NCBI RefSeq assembly: GCF_009914755.1
Contig: NC_060925.1
Reading direction: 5' to 3' (one strand)
DNA length: 64,000 bases
Origin: the human T2T-CHM13v2.0 reference genome, Homo sapiens
The notes below the pieces were generated by a model. That model was not told the origin of the DNA. It was given only the letters and a program-made list of their open reading frames with translations, and made no database searches. Every line of letters starts with the position of its first letter. Position 1 is the stretch's first letter. Positions 16,021 to 29,889 of this stretch are shown here, in pieces. The position numbers and the translations under genes are program-made.

Positions 16021-17257
16021 TCATAAAACTGTGTGTGTGTGTGTGTGTACATATGATAATACATTCTTGGTTCAACTTTTATTTTCAGTGCTGTCAAAAT
16101 TCCAATAGATCATGGCTAAAGGATATAGTCAAAAAATTTACAGATGAAGAAGATACAATTAGCAGATATATTTGGGAAAAAATACCCAACGGCATTAGCT
16201 ATCATAAAATGTAATTAAAAATAAGGTATCATTTAGAACTATTAACATAGCAAACATTTTAAATCATGACAATATTCATGTGCTGGCCAGAATTTAATGA
16301 AACTGACAGAATATATCATTGATGGCCTTGGGATTTAGTACAGCCATTTTGGAAAGTAAGCTAGCAATATGTTTAAAAGTGATAAAAATGTATATAGCCT
16401 GTAACATAATGATACCACACTTGGGACTTTATCCACAGTAAATAATCCAAAAGGAAAAAAAGACCACAGAAGTACAATAACCATTCGTTGCAGTATTGCT
16501 GAATAAAGTAAAAAACTAGAATTAGTGGACTAATCAATGGACAAGGGGTTAAGAAATTCTGAAATAGTAACTAAAAGGATAATTATGCGGGCATGAGCTC
16601 GTGGCCTTTCCTAAATAAAAAAAAGTAGTGGGTATAAGTATGTATCTAGAAATATATCTAATTTATATTTTTAAAAAGTTAACAGTGATTTCCCACAGGG
16701 AGTTAGAGATTATGGAGGAAAAGACATTTTTATAAAAATTATGCCCTTCTATGATTTTTAGCAATTAAAAAACCATATTTATTCTATGGTAGTAACTACA
16801 CATAAATTATATATGCCTATGAATACATGCTAGAAGGGAAGACGGAAAAATGACAACAGTTGATTTGTTATAATGGTGAAGATTAAGTGCAGTTTCCTCT
16901 GTCCTTGATTTCTTTCATTATTATAATGTTTGCATAATTTAAGAATGAAAACAAAAGAACAGCTGCCTTAAATATCTTTGGAAGTAAATAAAGTATAAAT
17001 AATACATTAATGCATCAAAGTATAGGAAAGGATTGAGTCAAGAAAAGAACTCATAAAATATTTATGAGAATTCACATTTGTGTATGTAAATACAGTCTTT
17101 ACAAAACAGCCTTCACAAGAAGCAGCAGATCCAAACCAAGGCCAGCCCCTTAGCACATCAATCACAGAATAATGCATCCTGCCAGAAACGGACTGTGATT
17201 TGCTGTTCGAAGAAAGATACGGGTATGATACAGTGAGAGATACATTTGAAACTCTGA

Positions 17258-17455
<198 letters not shown>

Positions 17456-19721
17456 TAACAAAACAAAACTAGTTTTTTCCGGAAAATTATCTGTTGGAAG
17501 GCATAGGGATGATACAATTTTTGACTGAAATAAATGATAGTCATTGAATCATTGAGAAAAATATTGTCAGTATGGAAAAGGAAATGATAAGCCAATGTTC
17601 TCTCTTTCTATTGATTATAGCATAAGTAAGAACACGTTTAAAAACAAGTGTAAAAGAAAAACAATATTGAAAAGATGGCAAATTTTACCCTCAAAAGTAA
17701 AACATAAGGGGCCTTTCAATAGATAGGAACATTAGGAAAAAAATGAGGATTTCTGTTATTAAACAGTGTTTGAAACATTCTAACCAATGTAATAAAACAA
17801 AAAAAAGTTATAAATATTAGAATTCAGAGACTGAATTATATTTGCAAATAATGGGATTACCTGCTTGAAAAGAGATCAATAAAATCAACTTTCAGTGTAG
17901 GAATAGATAAATTCCATAAGGTGGCTAGTTGCAATGGCAACCTAAAAATAAGATAAAATAAAAATTTCTAAAAAATAAATAAGGAAATAAATAAATAAAT
18001 GTCTATATAAGAACAATAATTAGTGAGGAAAAAAGGTCAAAGAGATAGCATTCACAAGAGTAAAAAATATGCAATATTAGGAATAAACTTAACAGGCAAT
18101 ATTCACTACTAACATTAAGATAACTATGAAGTTTTACTGTGTTTAAGAACACAAATTAAGGGACATACTATGTTCCTACATGGAAATATTGTGCTGTAAG
18201 ATATTCTCCATCAGTTTAATATATTTATTTATTGCTAGTCAGAATTACTTAAGTGTCAGCTTGCCAAGTTTAAAGTTAATGTAAAAATACTGGTATATAG
18301 GAATATCCTAGAAACTTTGGAAGATATAATTATGAGATGGCACTTTCCCTGTCCAATATTAAAGCATATCATAAAGCCAAAATAAATAAAACAGAGCAAT
18401 AGTCAATGCAGAAATAATCACATCTATGAAGCAAAGGAGAAAATGCAGGAATTAGTTTATGTCTATGTGGGAATTTTGTATAGGACAGAAATAATGTTTC
18501 AAATATGTGAGCAAAGGATGGTTTGTTCAATAAGTGTTGGGAAAACTGATTAGCCATAAAGAAAGAAAGATGTAATCAGATCATGATTTCATAATATACA
18601 GCACAATACATTACATATGAATTAAAGATTTTAAATTTAAAATACAAAACCATAGAAATTCTAGATTTCCAGAAGAAAATATAGGTGAATAGTCTTATAA
18701 CTTTTGGGTAATTCCTAAGCATAGCACCTATGACTAAGGAGAAAGTAAATATGACTAAATAAACATTCAAACTTTCTGTAAATTATAATAACTACCATTT
18801 ATTGAGTGCTTAAGTGCCAGGCGCTGTGCTAAGTATTTTACATATGCAACTCATTGATGCTAATAACAACCCTATAAAGTAATTCTCCCCATTTTACACA
18901 CGTCAGGGAAAATGACATCTAAATCACTTACACAAGGTCACAGAGCTATCTAGTGCCGAAGTGTGGTCAATCCCATATTTGCCCTTCCTCAGCCTGCCTC
19001 CCTATACTCATAAACAAAGTTAAAGGCAGACAGCAGGGGCAGGGGGCAAAAATGCAATAAAAAGCAGAGAAATTGGAAAAATATCCTTGAACAAATACCA
19101 AAAATCTTTAGCAAGTCAGTAGGGGAAAGAAAGTGGAGTGAAGGGCAAAGGTTTAAGAACACAGACAGGTTTACATACTGCTGGGTGGAAATAAAACTGG
19201 CAAAAACTTCCTGCGTATTTGTTCTAATAAAATAGCTAGATGAGTGTGCAAAGATCTGTATTAAAGGATGCTCAATGCACTATTGCTTATATTGATTTAA
19301 GAAGGAAAAAAGAAAAACAAGAAAATAGGGAGGAAACAGGAAATACAGAAAGGAAATGAAAGAGGGAAGGGAAGGGAAAGAAAAAAACCCGGTTGCTTTC
19401 CCTCCACGTCCCCCAGCCCCGCACCTCCCTCCTCGTACACCCCCTACCCCTCATACACCCTCTACCCGATGCAAAACCCTTCGATGGAAGCAATCGGGAT
19501 CTCCAAGGCCCAGTCGTTCCCTCCATGCTCACGGAACTATGCGAATCTCCCTGGAGCCCATGCTTGCCATGTGCAACCACAAGGGAAAGACTCTAAGGAC
19601 CTTTGAGGGGTTCCTCCCAGGCTAGAGAGGAAAATGCACCCGGCACCTGCCTCCTCCAGTTCACAACTGAGGACGTGACCTGACCTGCAGGATTCCCCAG
19701 CAGGCCAGCAGCCCTCACCTG

Positions 19722-20418
<697 letters not shown>

Positions 20419-20859
20419 TTATGATAATGGTTGCACAACTATTTAAATTGACTAAAACTCACAGAACCTTACACTAAAAAAGGGTGAGTTTTAAGGTAAG
20501 TAGATTACACTTCAATATTGCAGTTGAAAAAGAGAGATAATTAGGGTGATGTACCAATAAAGTAAAATTCAAGAGGAAAAAAAGGCTTTGATTAAGTAAA
20601 TTATGCTGTATCCTCATATACAATAGAAATATCACATAGACATTCAACATTATGTAAATGAATAGTCATATGAAAATATCTAAATAATATATAAAATACA
20701 ATAATATGTAAGTAATCAATTTTAAATCAATTTTAAAACATAACGTGTCTATCATATGTTATTGGAAATGATTAATAGCAAGATGTTTTAGTGAGGCTAA
20801 CAAGATTGTGGATATACATGGATGGATTTTTTTCTTTTGTTTTCTCTTTGTTTTTTTAA

Positions 20860-21199
<340 letters not shown>

Positions 21200-21760
21200 T
21201 AATTTTTTTAAGTAGTACTGGAAAGACAGTGAAGGTTTTGAGACACTAAAACTAAAAACATGTTACGATTGAGACCTGGAGTCTCCTACAGATAATTTAA
21301 AGAGAAATAAGATATCTTTCTAGCAAAAGTTGAGATCATTCATGCTCAGAGATGAAGAGACAGAAGAGAGAATCTTTCCTATTTCTTTTAAATGTAATGA
21401 GTGTATTAAGATGATACTCATTCATGCATCTCAGTAGCACCACTTGGGAAAATTACTTAATATCTTTCCATTTGGTTTCTTCATCTGTAAATGTAGGAAT
21501 GTTTAGCCCAGAGGGCCATTATAAAGATGAAAGGAGGTCATTCATTTGGTTATTTAACAAATACTTATTTATTTATTGAGTGTCTATTGTGTTAGATACT
21601 GTTCTGAGTTCTGAGTTCTAGGGACAAAGCATTGAACAAGGAGGACCAGGGCCCTGCAATGAGAAAGTTGACATGCTAGGGGAAGAGACAGACAAACAAG
21701 CAAAGTAACAAGTACATAAGAAAACAGTATGATAAGTATGGTAAGAAATAGGAAACACAG

Positions 21761-21910
21761 GGCTGGGTGTAATGGCTCAAACCTGTAATCCCAGCACTTT
21801 GGGAGGTTGAGCCAGGAGGATTGCTTGAGGCCAGGAGTTCAAAACCAGCCTAGGCAAAATAGCAAGACCCCATCTCTACAAAAACAAAGAAAAAGAAGAA
21901 GAAAAGAAAT
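21761..21910 (+). mobile_element. FLAM/Alu left monomer inside L2
   Basis: TSD aagaaatag(g/a)aaaca. Confidence 0.88.
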
Positions 21911-22053
21911 AGAAAACATAGTGGTGCAGTGTGATTGAATCTCACCTCTGAGGAGGTGACATAAAAGCTGAAGCCTGAATGATCAGGGGAACCAGCCCCG
22001 TGAAGATCTAGGAAAAGGAAAAGGGCAATTTAGGCAGAAAGAAGAGCAAACTG

Positions 22054-22407
<354 letters not shown>

Positions 22408-25230
22408 TTATTATTTACAGAAAAGGGAACAGACAACATCCCTTCAAACTCTTTCATATAAATTAGCTTTCATCACATTAAGCAGAAAGCATATAAATCG
22501 CCATGCATAGTTGTGTGCCCACTACATGCCTTTTCCTAAGCTCTTAAAATAGCAAGATTTTTATTCTTTCTCCTAATTTTGCAGTCTTTCCACCAGGATA
22601 TTACTTTCTTCCCCAACTGCTAAAATTGTATGTCTAGTCACAGAGCCCAAGTATTGAACAGATGTGCCACATCTATTACACCTGAAGAAGAATTGACGAA
22701 TGTTGAAAAATGCAGAGACAAATATAATCTTCACTTACTTTCATTTCATCAGCAAAACCAATGGGAGCAATGGTTGGAAACCTTCTCAAGCACAGTTCTA
22801 TTGACCAAAAGGCTGATTCTCTTCTTCTTTTTTTTTTTCTATGAAGGGGAGAAATTTACATACTTTGATGATTTATAACAGATTACAAATGTATGTAAAA
22901 GTTGCTAATTTTCGTACATTTTCACTTTGGAAGTGGTATGTAGAAACCTGAGAAAAGGCAGTTTGACTAGATTGTGAGTGTGCATATCTTCAAAGGCAGT
23001 TATCTTTAAAAAAAATTCTGCCTACCTAAAACTGAATTTATTTTCTACTTCAAGTCTTCTCTTCCTTACTTCTGATTTTCCTCTAACTGTTAATGGTATC
23101 ATTTGTTTCCCAGAGAGCCATAATCCAACTTCAAAGTCACCTTTGATCCTTCTATCTCTGTAAGCCTTGCCACTGGTCAGTTTGAAGTCTCTGAAATGTG
23201 TCTCCTGTAAATTACCTCATTCTTCTTCCCAGAGTCATGGCCTTAGTTCAGACCCATCCACCAAGGGGCTCCCAGTTGCAGGTGGCCCATTAGAAAGCAC
23301 TTGTAGACCTCTTATCTTCAGTTTCTTCTCTCCCCAAACCATCCAGATATTGTACTGCCATGTTGATCCTCCTCCAACCCATTTATAACCTTGTCATTGC
23401 CTTCTCACATATATTCAAAGGCCCCTCATGCCTTACAAATAAAGTTCAGATTATTTTTTCTAGTTCTTAAGGTTCTCTAGGGTCTGGAACAAGAATATCT
23501 TTTCAGCTTTGTTTGGCTTCAGAAATTCCAAGCCTTACCAAATTCTTCTCCAAAGGCTTTGTGCATTCCCGTCTTTGTCTGAAACAATTCTCCTCCCATT
23601 CCCAGACATCCTATATATCCTTTACATCTAAGTGAAATATCATGTCATGCCCAAAGCCTTCACTAAGATAAAAATTGAGTTTTTTTTCCTTTTGGTGAGT
23701 GAGAAATGTGTAAATTTGAAATAAACCTGGAGATAGAAAAACTAACCTTTTAAAATGTTACCTTCAAGTTTTAAAAATTTGAAATCTTTCCTTGCTTTAG
23801 TTCCTTGTGCTTTCTGTTTGTATGGGATTATCATAAATGATGCAAGTTCAAATACTTTTCTTGTTTCTTTGATAATTGGAAACATCCATGATTGAGAACC
23901 TGGTTTCACTGCCTTCATATTTTACTACCTTTTGTCCTCATTCTGTGGCTTGGAACATTCCCTTTTGAGTAAACTGTTTGCAACATTCTTAAGAGTAAGA
24001 CTTGTTTCAAAACTTTCCTGAGTGACTGTAGGAAAATTTTCTGGGGAAGACAAATATACTATGTATTATAAAACATAAAATGTGAGTGGCCATCTAGGAA
24101 GAAAAAATAAAAACTAAGAAAAAAGGGGTGAGGGCACATGCTTTGGAATTCAGTTCTCAACTTGCAATACTTTTTGCTTATGTGCAGGTCTTGTTGCTTT
24201 TTCTTTAGTTCATCACCCAGGACAGCTCCTTGACAACCTTCAAAGGAAGACCCTGTGGATAGCTCTGAGTCCTGGGAGCAAACATGCCTACCAAGACCAG
24301 GAAGCAGTCCCTATATAAGGCTTCCTTCTGAGTGTGGCTATCACACTTCTATAACCAGGAGCTCTTAGCTATGATTGCACATTTGCTTAAGATGAGGCAG
24401 GCTGTTTGTGATTGTTGCCCTTTGGGACTCTTTCCTTTGTAATTTTTATTGCGTTTCTGAGTGTCTTTATTTTATCCTCTAGACTTTCTCTAGACACCTC
24501 TACCAGCTTTCAGACCCCTTGCACACACACATACACATATTCACTACAGCCTCCCTAAGGTAACTATCTGGGTATTCTATTGACATTAACCTTTTATCTC
24601 TCACAAAATGTGGTTCCCTTGCATTGTTTCTTGGCTGGTAAACTGTGTCTCAGGGCTGTACAACTAGGAATCCCAACTTTCTACTGCATTAATATGTCAA
24701 CCAATATATGACCCCCTGCTAAATGCTTGAGAGTGCATTAGGCTCTGTGCCTATTTATATTTTGATGTAATCTTTGTCAAAAAGAAGCTAAAAATCTAGT
24801 TGAGTAAATAAAGCATAGCTGCCCCAAATCTTTGATGACCAAACCTAGGAATGACATAGACATCAAGTTCAATTTTCCTGGTAAATTGGACTGGGAAAAT
24901 TGAACTTGATTGTGCAACTTGAAATCAGGAAGTTATCAAACTGCCTGTAATCTTCTCAAAAGGCAAGGTTGATCTGGTATATCTCTCAAAACTCAAAATA
25001 TTCACAACCTTTGACACAAACATTCTATTTGTAGGAATTTATCATTCAGTTATATCTATATTGCTTTACAAAGCCAGTGTACTTTACAAAAATATATGTG
25101 CAAAGAGGTTCACTACTGCTTTAATAAAAGAAAATAAAGAAATATAATACATATGAACAGGGAACTAATTACAATAAATTATGGAGCATTCACAAACAGA
25201 ATACTATTCAGCCATTAAAAAATGAGACAA

Positions 25231-25361
25231 AGCCAGGTACAGTGGTGCATGCCTGCAGTCCCAGCTATGCAGGAGGCTGAAGCGGGAGGATCACTTGAGC
25301 TCAGGAGTTCAAGACCAACCTGGGCAACATAGAGATACCTCGTCTCTTAAAAAAAAAAAAA
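25231..25361 (+). mobile_element. FLAM_A-like monomer inside an L1M 3' remnant
   Basis: TSD aaaaatgaga. Confidence 0.85.
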
Positions 25362-26306
25362 TGAGATAAATCTAAGTACATAAATATGTCCTAACATAGA
25401 TGTAAGCTCTTTATATGTATGAACTCATTTAACGTTCATAACGACCCTATGAGATAGGTTGAGATAGGTACTGTGTGATAACTACAAGTGTGATAACTAA
25501 GGCTCAGAGAAGTCAAGAGATTTGCCCAAGTGCACACAGTTATTGGACGTGAATCAGGATTCAACTGAGATAGTCTGCCTCCTGAGGTGGTATCTTCCAA
25601 CAATTATTACCTAAGGAGTGGGACTGAGGAGTCCAGAGTTAAGTGGTAGGTGGGGAGGAGGACTTTCGTTTTTGTACTGTTTGAATCTGTGTACTAGGTA
25701 CATTAGTTTGGTAATTAAAAAGTTAATTTTTAAAGACATGCTGGATGTCTTCATTTTCTATTTGCCAGTTATCACACAGGAAAAATGTGAAAACAAGATG
25801 ATAAAATTAATAGGTTTAGTTCTACATACAGTGCTAAAAATATTTTTTCTTATTAAGTAATGTGTAAGAACTTAATAAATACATTTAGCATTGAATTTCC
25901 TAAACAGTGTTGAGTGCCTGCCATTTATACTGTACTGTCATACTGTCATACATACCCTGATTTTCAAATGTACCATTTGTATGTAGTACTATGTTAACAC
26001 TCAAAAGAGTTTCATAATCTCATATATCTTCAGGCTCCTTAAGGTAAAATCATGTAATCAATTGAGTGACCCTGATTTGATTTATTTGGGGACTAAAAAT
26101 CTCATTAGCCTCTTGTAGCCGTTGGGTAAAATTAGAAAGGCAGGCCAAATTCTGACTTTCCTTTACAATCAGAAAATGGTGAATTCCCCAGACCCCTTGC
26201 TCTATCTAAATGATACTGTGATTCTAATTCTAAAGATTTCTACTGGTACAATTTTCATTATGGAATAATGCTCAAACTTCTATTCAAGTGTTTCTTACAA
26301 TGCAGT

Positions 26307-26342
26307 ATCTATCTATCTATCTATCTATTTGTCATCTATCTA
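26307..26342 (+). repeat. (TATC)n microsatellite
   Basis: tatctatctatctatctatct. Confidence 0.85.
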
Positions 26343-26465
26343 CTCTCCTGGCAAGACTTAGATCTACTCAAGAACAACAGGGCTTCTATTAATCTTTGTA
26401 TCTGTAACACCTAGGCTAGAATTTTGTAATTATTTGATGTATAATGAATTTTGTATGGCTTGTTA

Positions 26466-26942
<477 letters not shown>

Positions 26943-27196
26943 TCAAAACAACCCTCACTTCGGGTACACACATGTATATATTTTCAAACTTCTTCTACTT
27001 CATCATTATTTATTAATTCTTACAAAAGGCTCCAGAAGTCTTTCTCTTGTCCTTTTCTTTGATATTTTGTGATAAGTGACTTCAATTACAAATTACCCTC
27101 AAAACACTTAATCAACCTTATAGTTGAATGTTTTTCCCATTGTTAAAAAAATCCCTCCATCTCACTCCATTCCCAATTTATCTGAAAATCATTATT

Positions 27197-27562
<366 letters not shown>

Positions 27563-27567
27563 TCAGT

Positions 27568-27695
27568 TTATATGCATATAATTCATATATTATACATAAT
27601 GCATATATACATATATGCACATATTATATGAATATAATATTTAATTTATTACTTATATACATATATGTATATAATATTTAATTTATAACTTATGA
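27568..27695. repeat. AT-rich low-complexity tract with an internal duplication and palindromes
   Basis: tataatatttaatttat(t/a)acttat occurs twice; tatacatatatgtata is a palindrome. Confidence 0.8.
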
Positions 27696-27977
27696 ATGTT
27701 CCATTCTGCCCTGGCCTCTTTAGTAGAAGCCACCTGTCCTCCTTGATTTTCTCTACAAGTCTTAACAACATATCTCTGTCGTAAAGCCACTCAGTCTCCT
27801 TTTATACCAACTTAGTCTGCTTCTGCCATGTTCTGCCCTTTGTTTTCTTCCTAAACCCCCTCAGTGCTGACCTGGCTCCACTTCTGTCCTCCCAAGCTTT
27901 GCATCACTAATACCTGTCATAAGAACACTGACAACCTCTAGGGGAATAAGTGAAAGAAGACTAGAGCTTAATTAATA

Positions 27978-28425
27978 CGTGAAGGGAAAGTAAGCCTTGG
28001 GGGGCTGAAAATCACTAAGCTAAAGGGAAAAGTCAATCTGGGAACTGCTTAGGGCAAACTTGCCTCCCATTCTATGCAAAGTCATCCCTCTGCTCACTGA
28101 GATAAATGCATATCTGATTGCCCTCCCAGGAAAGGCTCATCAGAAACTTAAAAGAATGCAACCTGTGTCTCTTACCTACCTGTGTCCTGGAAGCCTCCTT
28201 CCTGCTTGAGCTGTCCTGCCTTTCCGGACTTAACCAATGTACATCTTACATATATTAATTGATATCTCATGTCTCCCTAAAATGTATAAAACCAAGCTGT
28301 GCCCCGACCACCTTGGGTACATGTCGTGAGGACCCCCTGAGTGAGGCTATGTCATGGGCGTGTGTCCTCAACCTTGGCAAAATAAACTTTCTGAATTAAC
28401 CTCTCTCAGATATTTGGGCTTCACA
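27978..28425 (+). mobile_element. ERV1 solo LTR, MER4A/MER4A1-like, sense to the gene
   Basis: aaaatcactaagctaaagggaaaagtcaa..ctgggaactgcttagggcaaac; TATAAAA 28285, AATAAA 28381, ends in CA; 4-bp TSD AATA. Confidence 0.88.
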
Positions 28426-28769
28426 AATATCACTACTGTCTTTCCCCAAAGCAACTAATATATTGTGAACACCTAAGAATAAAGTAAATAGATTAGTTTT
28501 CTGAGGCTGTCCTATTTATTAATTGATTTATTAAATTTAAAATGTATTGTCTGTACAATGCGAAGCCATATAAATTCCTATTTGACCAAGACAGAGAATA
28601 TGACCAAAAACTGACTAACCAATCAAGCTAAACAGAATACATAAGACATTGGGAAAAAAAAGAGTCAAATAGGCTGTGGTTCTTCCCCCGAGAGTTATAG
28701 TCTAGTAGAGAAGGCCACCGAATGAGTCATCATATTATAATTGCTAATTGCTATTAATATAGACAGATA

Positions 28770-28976
28770 CTGTCATATGCTGCATAACCACGTTTCTGTC
28801 AACGATGGACTGCATATATGATGGTGATCATATAACTATACCATATAGCCTAGGTGTATGGTAAGCTATACCAGCTAGGTTTGTGTAAGTATACTCTATG
28901 ATGTTCACACAATGACAAAATCACCTAAGGACACATTTCTCAGAACATACCCCTGTCCTTAAGCAGCACATGTCTA
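28770..28976. mobile_element. Tigger3 (Golem/MER7)-type MITE, internally deleted
   Basis: Both degenerate TIRs with TA flanks; ctataccatatagcctaggtgt and atttctcagaacatacccctgt motifs. Confidence 0.85.
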
Positions 28977-29538
28977 TATCATGGGCATCTAGAGAAAGAG
29001 CATCTAATTGGAAGGGAGTGCAACGAAAGTTGTTTAAAGATTAATTTTTTTGAGTTTTTGTTAATTTTTAACCAGCACCATGTTTTTACAGCATTAGTGC
29101 AAGTGTCCCTGATATAGTTTTATTTTGCATGTTTTATATAATATTTATAGTGTAAATATTACAATGAATATACCCCACTGCAGTTTTTCCCTCAACACTC
29201 TGTTTTGATATTTATTCATGTTGTTACATATAGCTCTAGTTCATTTGTTTTAAATGCTGATGGAATCCTGTTGTATGAACGCAGCGCATATTATTTGTCT
29301 AACTTGGCCAATGAACATTTGAGTAGTTTCTACACTTTGTGTCTTTGTGCTTGTTGCTTTGGTTGAACGGAAGTTTTTAATTTTAATTTTTAAAGTTTTT
29401 ATGGCTTATGCTTTTTGTGCTTATTTAAGAAATCTCTTCCAACTCCGAAGTTCTTGAAGATACCCTCCTCTCCTATATTTTTCTAAAAAGTATAGTCTCC
29501 TTTTAATATTTAGTTCTCTGTCTCTCTCTCTCTCTCTC

Positions 29539-29811
29539 TTTTTTTTTTTTTTTTTTGATACGGAATCTCGCTTTGTCATCCAGGCTAGAGTGCTGTAGTG
29601 CGATCTTGGCTCACTGCAACTTCCACCTCCTGGGTTCAAGCGATTCTCCTGTCTCAGCCTCCTGAGTAGCTGGGATTACAGGCGTGCACCATCATGCTCG
29701 ACTAATTTTTGTATTTTTAGTAGAAACAGAGTTTTACCATGTTGGCCAGGCTGGTCTCCAACTCCTGACCTCAAGTGATCCGCCTGCCTCGGTGAGCCAC
29801 TGCTCCCAGCC
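29539..29811 (-). mobile_element. AluS with an internal deletion of about 26 nt
   Basis: Reverse dimer lacking the cctcccaaagtgctgggattacaggc segment. Confidence 0.93.
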
Positions 29812-29816
29812 TGTCC

Positions 29817-29824
<8 letters not shown>

Positions 29825-29888
<64 letters not shown>
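29825..29888 (+). repeat. Compound (CT)16(GT)16 microsatellite
   Basis: Counted directly. Confidence 0.97.
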
Positions 29889-29889
<1 letters not shown>

